The position numbers were made by a program, and so were the translations under genes. The notes under the pieces were generated by a model, which saw only the letters and a program-made list of their open reading frames with translations, was not told the origin of the DNA and did no database searches. Below are positions 29,285-39,230 of a stretch of DNA of 64,000 bases, one piece after another. The stretch is from a virus (lineage: Duplodnaviria; Heunggongvirae; Uroviricota; Caudoviricetes), in the IMG/VR virus record IMGVR_UViG_2703718772_000011; one strand, written 5' to 3'. Every line of letters starts with the position of its first letter. Within the stretch, counting starts at the first letter, position 1.

Positions 29285-29559
29285 TTCAACGCTGATGATC
29301 CTCATTTCTACAATAACGAAGACGGTGTAAGCCTGAGTGGATAGATTTGTAGGATTGTACAAGTTGAATAAATTAGCATGGTAAGGCCATGCTAATTAAA
29401 TCGACACAACGGCCAGTTTATTCCATAAAAGTGAATTGCCCATTGTGGCGAAATGCGGGGTTGCCGCATGAATAGTCAAAGGCAGAAGCTAACTGCCGGC
29501 ATGGCAAAACAAAGTGCGTAAGAGGAGTGACTTCCTCAACAAGCGCCATAATTCTTTAT

Positions 29560-29587
29560 AAACCCGCCAACAGGCGGGTTTTCTTTA
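29560..29587. terminator. terminator hairpin (cccgcc-aaca-ggcggg-ttttcttt), probably bidirectional
   Basis: Between convergent cspA island and dnaE stop. Confidence 0.6.
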
Positions 29588-32500
29588 TTACTTATTTATT
29601 GTCTCCGCGATATCAGCCAGAATGGCCTCCAGTCGCTCTCCTTCTTCCGGTCGGAAGTACAGGATATTCGGGTTAAATCCGTAGAAGACGGTTGCATCAA
29701 GCTCTGGGAAGTACTCCTTACGACCAATCAGATCTGATGGTTTACTCTTATTGTTAAATAGTGCGGTTGAACGACTACCACACGTCAAAATGTAGGTCGG
29801 ACGCACCAGATTGATCTCTTCACGTATAAAGTCGGTGAACTGGCCGATCTCGTCTTTGGTATAGTCTTTCTCTTTGTCCTTAACCTTCTTACAAACACCC
29901 GTGACATAAAGATCGCCCATGCGCAGATCTCCAACTGTCAGTAGTTTTGCCTTAAAGTCGTCGTATCCGTTCTCCATGAAGTAGCCGGTACGAGCGTCAT
30001 TGCCGTTCGCATTGTCCAGAATGATCATGATTTTGGGTTTAATACCAATAGTCGGGCGTATCAACTCCTCACCCAAGCCCATTTCAGCCGCCATACGTGT
30101 CATGAGTACGTTGATTTCGGCAGAACGCTTAGGATTCATTTCGAACGGACGTGATGCTTTAACAGCGTCAATGATGAGATTGCCCATCAGCTCAGCTTGG
30201 TCGCGCAGTCGTTCAGGATCAGTTGCTGGCAGACTGCCTGGCTCAATTGACGCAAAAGCCCCTACTTTATGAAGCGACTCGCGTACACGACTGTTACATG
30301 CACGCTTCTCGACCGCTTCATCGAATTGTGCCACTGACTCGAATTTGCCACCAACTTTCTCACGCGCACGCATAATTGCCTGACAACCATTTTCAGAACA
30401 GCCTTTCACAGCAGAGAATGGCGCATACAGTGCCTGACTGCCGTCTTCGAGTGTGCGGATCTCAATTCGGTTAGATGACACATTAACGTCTGGTGGCAAT
30501 ACGCGAATGCCATAGGTCAGCGCATCCTTCACCAGCCCCTGATGCTTATCCTCGCCCAGAATGGTGAGCGCAGCTGCGAAGAACTCAGCAGGGTAGTGCG
30601 TCTTTAGCCACATAGACTGATAACTGATTAAAGAATAAGCAACGGAGTGTGATTTATTGAACTGATAGGCTCCGTTTTTCTCAAATGCGGTCCAGATCTC
30701 CTTCGCTTTCATCTCTGATAGCCCTGGATGTGACGCTGTAACGCGTACTGCGTTTATAGGTAGTTTTGCGCCGTGCTCAAGTGCCTCTTCGACAGTTTTC
30801 AGAGTTCCGTCTTCGCATTTAAAATGTTCCGCACGGTGAATGCGCTGTGTAGTGCCATCTTCCAGCTCAACGTCTATCCAGCCAGCTTGAGCCTGAACGA
30901 TGAACTTCTCGCCCATGCTCTTCATTTTTTCCATGTTCTTCTTACCGATTGCGGAACGCACAGCGTCAGCTTCAGCCATTGTGAAGCCGGCAAGCAATCG
31001 AGTCGCGTTCATCGTCTGTTCCTGATAGAGAATCACGCCATTTGTTTCCGCGGTAAGTTCATCAAGAACGGGGTGTAATGATTCCGGCGTCATAAAGCCT
31101 TTGGCGACAGAAACATAGTCATCCAACATGCCTGATTGAATTGGCCCCGGCCGGAAGAGCGCAGTTGTAGCGACGACCGTTTTAAAGCTCATTGGCTCAA
31201 TTCCACCACCTAAATCTTTAAGCAGCTTGCGCATTGGGCCTGATTCAAGCTGGAAAACACCTTGAGTGTACCCAGCAGCAAAACCATCCAGCACCTTGCG
31301 ATCTTCAAGAGAAATGGCATCAAGATTGATATCTTCACCTGTGTTCTCTTTTATGTAGCGTTTTGCACTATCGAGCAAATCGAGAGTTGCCAGGCCAAGC
31401 ACGTCCAGCTTAATTAGGCCCATAGCCTCGCAGTAACGCTTGTCAAATGCGATACAACGCGCGTCACCACGGCGCTCAACCGGTGTACGTTCTGTCAGAG
31501 GAACACCTGCTACGATCATCCCTGCCGCATGTCTACCAAAGCCACGCATAAGGCTTTGTAACTTGCAGGCTGCATTGAATGCATCAGGATATTTTGTTGC
31601 GTATTTGTCGAGACTTGCCAGTTGTTCGCGCAGTTCTTCCAATGGAAGGCTATCATCCTCAGCGTTCTTCAGTTCTTTTGATACCGCCATATCTGCGGAC
31701 TCCACACCATAAATACGAGCGGTATCACGTAGTGCAGAGGCTGCGCCCAGGTAGGTGAAGTTCGGAATACCCGCAACGTAATCTTCGCCGTAGCGTTCAT
31801 TCAGATACTCGATCACCTCATGGCGACGTGCCTGGCTGAAGTCCAAGTCCGCATCCGGCAAGTCGAGACGCTCAGGGTTGATGAAACGCTCAAACAGAAG
31901 ACCGTGACGGATTGGGTCGACGTTGGTTATGCCTATGCACCACGCCACCAGAGAACCGGCAGAGGAACCACGACCAGGCCCAACGGGAATGCCAGTTTCA
32001 CGACTATGATTCATCAGATCGCGTACCATCAGGAAGTAACCACAAAATCCCAGGCGAGTCAGCGTGTCCATTTCGTACTTTAGCCGCTCAACATAAACCC
32101 TGTTCTCTGAAGCAGGTGGTGTGTATCCAAACTCTTTTGTGGTAAGACGTTTACGCAGCCCTGCAACAGCCAGTTTCATAAGCGTTGCAGGCTCGTCGTC
32201 TGCCATCTTTGGCAGTGCTGGCGGCAATTCATGCCAGCGCCATGTGCAGGCATCGATAATGGTATCCTGCGTTGTTGAGGCCATTGCAGCTGTTACCGGC
32301 ACATCCATGCGAACGGAGAAGGCTTTAAGCGCCTCAAGGAGATGGCGGCGACCATTGACGGCGTTATCTCGCTGGTGGGGGATACGCAGACGATGCGGCT
32401 GGTCGATTTTGATGTTGTTCGTAACCATGTGCGCAATGTCTTTAATGTCTGCATCGTCGATCGATTCGTAATAAGCGGGATAGAACGCCACTGGCTCTAT

Positions 32501-33106
32501 TTTCAATGCGCTGGCGACTTTCATCGCCCGGACGTTAATCTGGTCGTAGAATGGGGTAGGATGCGGATAAACCACACTATAGAAGTTGTCTTTTCCACCC
32601 GCTGTAATCAGTGTGCTTATGATTTTTGCAAAATCGTTGCGTTGGAACACGCTACCGATGTCGGAAGTAAGCAGGATGATGTTGCCTTTGGCATATGTAG
32701 AAACCAACTGTTCGAGCGAGAGACGCGGTACAAAGTAGAACTGTTCTCGTGTGTTGGCCACCGTCATTAGTTCGCAGATGTCGCGATATCCTTGCTCATT
32801 TTTAATTAGAGCGGTAAACGAGTAGTTACGTCCCCGCTCTAATGATTCCATACATCTCATAGATTCTTTAGCAAGTTTAGCCCGGTGCTCGTATGTGGGA
32901 TCATCAACGATATTTAGTTTCACACCACAAATAACCGCCATGTCGTCACCAGCGGCACGTTGTAGTGGAATAACACTCGCAATATTCATGCTATCTGCTG
33001 AAATTACAGCGGTGTAGCCAGCTTCTCTGGCAATCTTCACCGCGTTTTCTGCTTTTAGAGCCGACTCCCCAAGTGAGAAGTCAGTTCGAACCATCAGTGC
33101 TTTCAT
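29588..33106 (-). CDS. dnaE: DNA polymerase III alpha-type replicative polymerase (DnaE family)
   Basis: 1172 aa; GYFLMVRD..GIPVGPGRGSSAGSLVAW...LLFERFINPER and FNKSHSVAYSLISYQSMWLKTHYPAEF match DnaE catalytic-core blocks. Confidence 0.95.
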   Translation of the reverse strand: MKALMVRTDFSLGESALKAENAVKIAREAGYTAVISADSMNIASVIPLQRAAGDDMAVICGVKLNIVDDPTYEHRAKLAKESMRCMESLERGRNYSFTALIKNEQGYRDICELMTVANTREQFYFVPRLSLEQLVSTYAKGNIILLTSDIGSVFQRNDFAKIISTLITAGGKDNFYSVVYPHPTPFYDQINVRAMKVASALKIEPVAFYPAYYESIDDADIKDIAHMVTNNIKIDQPHRLRIPHQRDNAVNGRRHLLEALKAFSVRMDVPVTAAMASTTQDTIIDACTWRWHELPPALPKMADDEPATLMKLAVAGLRKRLTTKEFGYTPPASENRVYVERLKYEMDTLTRLGFCGYFLMVRDLMNHSRETGIPVGPGRGSSAGSLVAWCIGITNVDPIRHGLLFERFINPERLDLPDADLDFSQARRHEVIEYLNERYGEDYVAGIPNFTYLGAASALRDTARIYGVESADMAVSKELKNAEDDSLPLEELREQLASLDKYATKYPDAFNAACKLQSLMRGFGRHAAGMIVAGVPLTERTPVERRGDARCIAFDKRYCEAMGLIKLDVLGLATLDLLDSAKRYIKENTGEDINLDAISLEDRKVLDGFAAGYTQGVFQLESGPMRKLLKDLGGGIEPMSFKTVVATTALFRPGPIQSGMLDDYVSVAKGFMTPESLHPVLDELTAETNGVILYQEQTMNATRLLAGFTMAEADAVRSAIGKKNMEKMKSMGEKFIVQAQAGWIDVELEDGTTQRIHRAEHFKCEDGTLKTVEEALEHGAKLPINAVRVTASHPGLSEMKAKEIWTAFEKNGAYQFNKSHSVAYSLISYQSMWLKTHYPAEFFAAALTILGEDKHQGLVKDALTYGIRVLPPDVNVSSNRIEIRTLEDGSQALYAPFSAVKGCSENGCQAIMRAREKVGGKFESVAQFDEAVEKRACNSRVRESLHKVGAFASIEPGSLPATDPERLRDQAELMGNLIIDAVKASRPFEMNPKRSAEINVLMTRMAAEMGLGEELIRPTIGIKPKIMIILDNANGNDARTGYFMENGYDDFKAKLLTVGDLRMGDLYVTGVCKKVKDKEKDYTKDEIGQFTDFIREEINLVRPTYILTCGSRSTALFNNKSKPSDLIGRKEYFPELDATVFYGFNPNILYFRPEEGERLEAILADIAETINK

Positions 33107-33285
33107 GTGTTTTTACCTTTATGGTTTTTTTTGATTTTGTCATTGGGGAAGCCTACGAACTTCCCATACATCGAAATCGCAACTTCTTTTGCTGATTGGT
33201 GACAATCGGGCTTGTCTGGACACCCCAGACAAGCCTTGCCAGTTTCAGAAGCAGCGATAAGAGAGCCGAAACATCCTTTACGCAC
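33103..33285 (-). CDS. small Cys-rich protein (60 aa)
   Basis: Tightly packed between AAA+ gene and dnaE; four Cys. Confidence 0.35.
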   Translation of the reverse strand: MRKGCFGSLIAASETGKACLGCPDKPDCHQSAKEVAISMYGKFVGFPNDKIKKNHKGKNT

Positions 33286-33287
33286 GA

Positions 33288-34523
33288 TTAACCAAATATT
33301 TTTTGAACAACTTCACGAGCCGCTTGCGCAGAAGCTGAAGGGAGTTTGTTAATGAAAGAACGCTCAATACCTGTCACAAAGTCGCCTCGCATCATTCCAA
33401 TCTTGGCCGACAACAAAAGTTCACGAGGGCCAATTGGCTGACTGATAAGGTGTTCTTCGTATCCATCGCGAACGATACCGGCAAACTTAACCATCTTTTC
33501 TGCGTATTCATCCACGATACCGGCATTTATCAACATGTTGATCTCTGCCTCTTTGCTCATGTATTTCACATTCGAAACGATGCCAAAACGCGAAAAGTTC
33601 GCGGCGTTCTGGATGTTTGTACCCTGGTACAAGCCGGTTTCATCACCAGATCCGTTCGTGTTGCCAGTGCCAATGAAAGCAAACCGTTCATGCGGAGTAA
33701 TGCGACGCCATTCTGGAGTCGCCTCTTTGATGACCAACGCTTCACCTTCCAGCACTGGCTGATACACGCCAAGAATCTGTGGAAACGCAAAGTCGTATTC
33801 ATCCGCGAGGTAAACCCAGCCATGCTTCATTGCGAGCGCAAGCAAGCCAGGCTCGAAATACGTAGAGCCATCACGCGCCAGAATTTGCCCCGTAACATGT
33901 GCCTCTTCCATTGATGCTGTATGTTGGGCACGGATCAACGGACGATTGAGCAAAGCACATAGTTGTGTAGGCAATGACGATTTGCCTGTTCCTGCATGAC
34001 CCCACAAATAGCCAGGTATGCCAAGTTCAAGCATCATGAAAATGTCTTTGATCAGTTCGAAGTCGCCATATACGTAGCCCTTCTTCACTTCTGGAACGAA
34101 CTCTGGAAACAGCGTATTGACGTTGACGCTAACCATGAGCGGCGTCCCACGTTTTGTTCCGAGTTCTTTCACCGTTACATTTAGCAGTTCGTGAGCTGCG
34201 ACCAGATCTGTCTTGTACTCAACTGTGCCTGTGTAGCCTGGGCTACTGGTCACGCCAGATGATTTGGTCATTTCGCTTTTTTGCTCGGCACGTTTAGCTT
34301 GAATTGCATCAAGTGCCTTTTTCGATAGCGTTGGCTCATCTGGAAACTGTGTTGTGTACATTTTCAGTACGGTGTCAGGATCGGCATCTTTTACTGACTC
34401 AGGAATGCCCTCGCAATTACCATTGGCAACATGGGACTTAAAATAGTGAAATGATTTTCCGCACCACTTGCAAACAAGGTAATCAGAAGGATTTTTTTCA
34501 TTTTGCAGTGCAGTAGTAGTCAT
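33288..34523 (-). CDS. MoxR/CobS-like AAA+ ATPase with N-terminal zinc ribbon
   Basis: CKWCGKSF..C ribbon; Walker A GHAGTGKSS; Walker B LADEYD. Confidence 0.7.
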   Translation of the reverse strand: MTTTALQNEKNPSDYLVCKWCGKSFHYFKSHVANGNCEGIPESVKDADPDTVLKMYTTQFPDEPTLSKKALDAIQAKRAEQKSEMTKSSGVTSSPGYTGTVEYKTDLVAAHELLNVTVKELGTKRGTPLMVSVNVNTLFPEFVPEVKKGYVYGDFELIKDIFMMLELGIPGYLWGHAGTGKSSLPTQLCALLNRPLIRAQHTASMEEAHVTGQILARDGSTYFEPGLLALAMKHGWVYLADEYDFAFPQILGVYQPVLEGEALVIKEATPEWRRITPHERFAFIGTGNTNGSGDETGLYQGTNIQNAANFSRFGIVSNVKYMSKEAEINMLINAGIVDEYAEKMVKFAGIVRDGYEEHLISQPIGPRELLLSAKIGMMRGDFVTGIERSFINKLPSASAQAAREVVQKIFG

Positions 34524-34618
34524 GCGTTTTTCCTTTGTTTTCTAATGAGCGTTCAACTTCTTATATAAATATATCATTATCTATCGTAAGTGGTTACTTA
34601 TCGTTAAGGCTGTTTTGT

Positions 34619-36727
34619 TCACTTTAAAATGATACGAGATAGTTCAGTAACTACAGATGAACCAAGACTATCAACGCTCGTTACCAGGGCATGATTTGAG
34701 TAAAATCTCTCCGGTGCGTCAGTCATGATGCCAATTGCCATCAAATCAATGTCAGTCTGCGTTTCAATTTGCTTCGCAACCGAACGCAAATGAGCGTCAA
34801 AACCTCTCCCAACAGCCCACGGCGCGCCATCGCTCAGAACAAGCATGATCTTCCTGTCCTCCAAGCGACCGGAAAATAACGATGCAAGGCTGGCTATGCT
34901 TTCACCATCCACGTTATTAAGAAGTGGGAATGTGTAGCCTACGCACCCCATACGTGAGCGAACTTCGCGAGAATTTACCTTTTCATTCCAATTTTTGATG
35001 ATAGGTAGCATTAAAGATTCAAAGCGAGAGAACTCATACTTGACAGCCTTAAGTTCTCCTGCCGCCATATGACTACCAAATGTAGTGAAGCCGGTGATAA
35101 TGTTGGGAACATTTATTCGATCAAGGGCATCGGCGATGGTATATGCACTTGCAAGAGCTAGTTTTATCGTTTCGCCACTCATTGAACCTGATAAATCAAT
35201 CACTTGCTGAACACAGGCGTTAACGGCTTTAGATTCTTCTTTTTTACGAAACACGCGATCATCATTCATTGCTAATCTGTAGATACTAGAACCATGAATG
35301 CGCCCCCGACGCTGGCCCGGTATAAACTGAACTCTGTTTCTGCTTGCTATTGCTCGCTCCAGGTCTTTTGCCAGCGTCGACGAAACACCTGACGAAAGAT
35401 GCTTTTCAATATATTTGTCGAAGAGCTGGTTGCCTTCAGGAACGATGCGATAGCGGCTGATTGGACATCCTCCTAAATCAATATCGGAGAATGTTTTAAT
35501 AAGCCGTTTGATATGGGCTTCTGCCTGATCAATCGAGCCGATGAAGTCGTATGAGCGATTGTATGGCCTGTATTCGCTTTTCGAGCTTTCTGTTAACTCG
35601 CTTTTAATCGTTTCGGATAGCGCATCTTCTGTCATGCCTCCGACTTCATCTTCCATGCTATCCAACTCCTCTAAAGCCTCTTCCAGACTCATTTTTGACG
35701 GAGTTGGAATGTCTGAAGAGCCGTCTTCTGTCGTTTTTCTTTTTTCGTGGTCAGCGGTTAATGATTCTGACGCCGCGTTATCAGAAGCATCAGAATCTGA
35801 TACCGCTTTATCATTTTCTGTATCATCGAATATTGTTTCTGATGATTCAGGATTATCTGAATCATCACTGTCATTATTATCATGTTTGTGCTTATTGTGT
35901 GATTCTGATTTGATAGATTTGTGATTATCTAACGCTGAGGGTGTCTCATGATCTTCGTTATCTTCATTGTTTTCTCCAGAGGCATCCGTCTGGTCAGCGT
36001 CTGAAGGATCGGAAGTTTTTCCCGGAGCTGACTCCTTACCTTTGCTTTCACTTTCAGTGTCTTTGAGGATCTTAGCTATGGTCGCAGCCACCTTTACACA
36101 ATCCTCGGTGCAAGACATGTTACGCACGGCCACATCGATACCATGTTCTTTTAATAATGAAATTGGTTTCTCAATGACAGGCCAATATTCATCCATGAAA
36201 TCTACGAACGGTGCTTGGCCATCCCAGGCTCTTACAACCGGACAGAGAAAGAAGTTTAGAAAAAGCGCGCGCTGATCTTTGCCACAATAAGCAATAGCCT
36301 CTGAAGCCTTTGGTTTAAAGACTTTTTCGATTATAAGGCGCTGAGTTGCCATCAGATTACGTCTTGTTCCGTTAAAGACCTGACCCATTTTTCGCTCGAT
36401 GAACACGTCTTCTAAGGCATTCCATAGCGACCAGGAAGGAACGCGTCCTTTTTCTCTCATTTTGTTGGACACACGAATATCGGTAAACAAAATGTGAGCA
36501 ACCTCATGATCGAGAAATCCGCGCACAGCATTCATCAATGCCGGTGTTGCGTTATCCGGGATTGATGGGATGTTTACGAGAATTGGCTCTCCATCATCGT
36601 TATAGCGTACATAAGCGTCGTCCCCTCGTTCTGCAACAGGGATGTTTTTACCTGAAAGGAGAGCGACTACTCGTTTTACACTGTCACGGAAGTCCTGAAC
36701 CTCTTTGATGGAACGTTTTTTAGACAT
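34619..36727 (-). CDS. von Willebrand factor A domain protein (CobT-like partner)
   Basis: C-terminal VWA with MIDAS motif DLSGSMSG; central about 150-aa acidic Ser/Asp-rich low-complexity insert. Confidence 0.7.
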   Translation of the reverse strand: MSKKRSIKEVQDFRDSVKRVVALLSGKNIPVAERGDDAYVRYNDDGEPILVNIPSIPDNATPALMNAVRGFLDHEVAHILFTDIRVSNKMREKGRVPSWSLWNALEDVFIERKMGQVFNGTRRNLMATQRLIIEKVFKPKASEAIAYCGKDQRALFLNFFLCPVVRAWDGQAPFVDFMDEYWPVIEKPISLLKEHGIDVAVRNMSCTEDCVKVAATIAKILKDTESESKGKESAPGKTSDPSDADQTDASGENNEDNEDHETPSALDNHKSIKSESHNKHKHDNNDSDDSDNPESSETIFDDTENDKAVSDSDASDNAASESLTADHEKRKTTEDGSSDIPTPSKMSLEEALEELDSMEDEVGGMTEDALSETIKSELTESSKSEYRPYNRSYDFIGSIDQAEAHIKRLIKTFSDIDLGGCPISRYRIVPEGNQLFDKYIEKHLSSGVSSTLAKDLERAIASRNRVQFIPGQRRGRIHGSSIYRLAMNDDRVFRKKEESKAVNACVQQVIDLSGSMSGETIKLALASAYTIADALDRINVPNIITGFTTFGSHMAAGELKAVKYEFSRFESLMLPIIKNWNEKVNSREVRSRMGCVGYTFPLLNNVDGESIASLASLFSGRLEDRKIMLVLSDGAPWAVGRGFDAHLRSVAKQIETQTDIDLMAIGIMTDAPERFYSNHALVTSVDSLGSSVVTELSRIILK

Positions 36728-36825
36728 GGCTAATCCTTTGTTATGAAAACAAATTATTTACTAGTGTGTTTAATGTAGCACTGCGCGAACAGGGAACTAA
36801 GCCATTCGCGCAGGGAGAAGAGGGG

Positions 36826-37038
36826 TTAACAGATTCTGACGGCTAAAGACCCGGAGCCGGTATTGAGAAGCGTGAAGCGTTTGTTGTTAAGTTCGAATAT
36901 AAATCCAGTTGTGTCATTCACACCAACCTGAATCTGCTCATTCGGTAGATCGGTGAGGATGTCAGCTACACACTCATCAACTAATTTCTGTACGTGTCCG
37001 ATCTCAAGAGCGATTAGGCTGGAAATAGTGGTGTTCAT
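36826..37038 (-). CDS. hypothetical protein (70 aa)
   Basis: Small ORF. Confidence 0.4.
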   Translation of the reverse strand: MNTTISSLIALEIGHVQKLVDECVADILTDLPNEQIQVGVNDTTGFIFELNNKRFTLLNTGSGSLAVRIC

Positions 37039-37289
37039 TCAATCAATCCATTCTAACTTATACTATGGTAAGGAATACTACTAAAATTTGTATCAATACT
37101 GAATACATTCATATCATATGCAAGTTGATTTTCTTACCTATTTTTGGCTAATTTTTCTCCGTGCAATGGCCTTTAACCGGTCTTTTAAGTGCCTATCGAA
37201 AAAAATGATAATAGCTTTACAACCCTAACCTTTGATGTAATATCGGTAAGCACTTACCAGAGAGAATTGAACGCGCAAAGGTTGTAACC

Positions 37290-37676
37290 ATGTCTGATAA
37301 CAAGATTGAATTTATAGAAAGTCGCTACGCTGCTTTTATCGCAGGGTTGATTGAATCCTCACCTATGAGCCAGGCCCAGATAGCCAAAACAATTGGGTAT
37401 AAAAACGCCAACAACCTTTCTTTAATTAAAAGCGGCAAAATTCCTTTGCCTATCGATAAGGTTCGTCCGCTGGCGCTGGCACTGGGTATTGAGCCAAGTC
37501 GTCTTATGATGATGGTGCTGGAAGAACGCCAACCCGAACTCGCAGCATTTTTATACAAAGAAGGCACTGCTCCTCTTAACGAGGACGAAAAACAGGTTCT
37601 TGCTGCATATAACGAGCGATTCGGTAAAGAGAAAGGCGCATCACAAAAGGTTGTTGAGGCCATAAAGTCTCTATGA
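37290..37676 (+). CDS. XRE-like helix-turn-helix transcriptional regulator
   Basis: HTH segment SQAQIAKTIGYKNANNLSLIKSGK; palindrome GGTAAGcacTTACC about 30 bp upstream of its start. Confidence 0.6.
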   Translation: MSDNKIEFIESRYAAFIAGLIESSPMSQAQIAKTIGYKNANNLSLIKSGKIPLPIDKVRPLALALGIEPSRLMMMVLEERQPELAAFLYKEGTAPLNEDEKQVLAAYNERFGKEKGASQKVVEAIKSL

Positions 37677-38774
37677 AAAATTTACACGAATAAGCTCTGT
37701 TGATAGACGATCTCCCTTAAATTTGTGGTCAATTTCGTCTAAATCGGGTTGCTCTACGATTGATGCGATGTACGTCGAGAAACTTTCTAAGGCGTCTCGC
37801 ATCTCGTCCATATAATCGTGCCGGTCGTAGACCCGATCTATCCCCTCAAGACTGTGGTTCATGATTTTACGTGATACCTCCTGGCTTATGCCTAATGCTG
37901 GGAAGTAACTACGCGCAGTACGGCGCAAATCTCGGGGTGTAAATGGCTCAAGCTCCATCAGTTCTGGTCGTTCCAGAATACGACGTAATGCCTGGGCTAT
38001 TGCCACTTTAGACATAGGAAGGTCTTTCCCGATTTTTTTATTCGAAGGCACGAGCCACTGGCTGTCTTTACCATATTCGAACAACTCTTCAATACAAGTG
38101 CGCATTAATGAGCTTAAAGGCAGAGAATGCTCACGGGCAGATTTGTTCCTCTTGCCTTGATTCCAAACCCCACGCTTAAGATTGAACTCACTTTTTTTAG
38201 CACGCAGTACTTCGTCAGGTCGTCTTGCTGATACAAGACACAGTCTGGCCGCCCATTTTGTACCAGCGCACACATTGAAGTAGTCCCATATATTCCAGAA
38301 CACCCATACCTCTGCGTCAGTCAGCTTCCGCTCGCGGGGCGTGGGCTTTGCGCCACCGGCAACTTTGTTAAGTGACATATCGTTTAACGGTGACACGTCT
38401 ATCATCCCCTGGAAGGCGCACCAGCTAAGGAACTGCTTCATCAGAGAGAAAACGCGGCGGCCCATAACAATTTTGCCATCCAGTATTAGTGGGTTGACCA
38501 GTTGGTTCACCATGAACCTATTAATATCACTTACTTTTACATCGGCAATGTGCGGCAAAACATGTATCAAAATACAATGAACAGCGATCTCTGGCCGACG
38601 TCTGGTTATCAGCAGAGATAAGCGAGTGAATAACATGAATGCGTCCGAGAATCTCATGTCATTGCTGACCTGTGAGATCATAACGGCCTGCATTTGAGAT
38701 GCTCTTTCGAGATACTCTATCGCCTCTTTTGAGGTGTTCTCCGCAGCGCGTGCTCTGTCAAAGCTATTTTTCAT
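37671..38774 (-). CDS. tyrosine site-specific recombinase
   Basis: C-terminal box II-like TPRDLRRTARSYF...MNHS...RVYDRHDY with candidate catalytic Tyr. Confidence 0.6.
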   Translation of the reverse strand: MKNSFDRARAAENTSKEAIEYLERASQMQAVMISQVSNDMRFSDAFMLFTRLSLLITRRRPEIAVHCILIHVLPHIADVKVSDINRFMVNQLVNPLILDGKIVMGRRVFSLMKQFLSWCAFQGMIDVSPLNDMSLNKVAGGAKPTPRERKLTDAEVWVFWNIWDYFNVCAGTKWAARLCLVSARRPDEVLRAKKSEFNLKRGVWNQGKRNKSAREHSLPLSSLMRTCIEELFEYGKDSQWLVPSNKKIGKDLPMSKVAIAQALRRILERPELMELEPFTPRDLRRTARSYFPALGISQEVSRKIMNHSLEGIDRVYDRHDYMDEMRDALESFSTYIASIVEQPDLDEIDHKFKGDRLSTELIRVNFS

Positions 38775-38872
38775 ATGACAATCACCGAGTTACGCCGATG
38801 TACTGTATAAGTAAACAGTATATTAGGCATAGATTCTTATAGGATCAAGAGTAAAAGTAACTCATTTTTACT

Positions 38873-38905
38873 AATGATTCCATACATAGTAGGTATGGAA
38901 TCATT
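38873..38905. promoter_or_regulatory. lox/dif-like site: perfect 13-bp inverted repeats flanking a 7-bp asymmetric spacer (aatgattccatac-atagtag-gtatggaatcatt)
   Basis: About 100 bp upstream of the recombinase start codon. Confidence 0.5.
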
Positions 38906-38954
38906 TTGACGTTGTTTTTTGAATTTTAAGGGAAACGGGAGTGAGTTTGGTGGG

Positions 38955-38984
38955 AATAAAAACGGCTCCTGTGAGCCGTTAAAA
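38955..38984 (-). terminator. rho-independent terminator (acggctc-ctgt-gagccgt plus T-run on minus strand)
   Basis: Directly downstream of the glutaredoxin stop. Confidence 0.6.
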
Positions 38985-39230
38985 TCAGAGGGTGCTGACG
39001 TATGCAGCCAGTTCTGTGTATCCGCCAATCGGTTGGCCATCGATCAGCACTTGGGGGATAGTCTCTACCGGTTTACCAACAATTTCACTTAGTTTTTCCT
39101 TGTCGATACCGGCAGTGGTGATGTCGATGTACTCATAATCACCGTAGCCATGTCCCTTTAGTTGCTTCGCCAGCTCGACCGCACGTTTGCAGTATGAGCA
39201 GTTATCTCGTCCGTAGATAGTGATCGTCAT
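38985..39230 (-). CDS. grxA: glutaredoxin
   Basis: CSYC active site; GKPVETIPQVLIDGQPIGGYTELAAYV parallels E. coli Grx1. Confidence 0.9.
   Translation of the reverse strand: MTITIYGRDNCSYCKRAVELAKQLKGHGYGDYEYIDITTAGIDKEKLSEIVGKPVETIPQVLIDGQPIGGYTELAAYVSTL

Noticed and set aside
38837-39040. ORF 38837..39040 (67 aa)
   Set aside because: Overlaps the well-supported glutaredoxin gene and its terminator in another frame.
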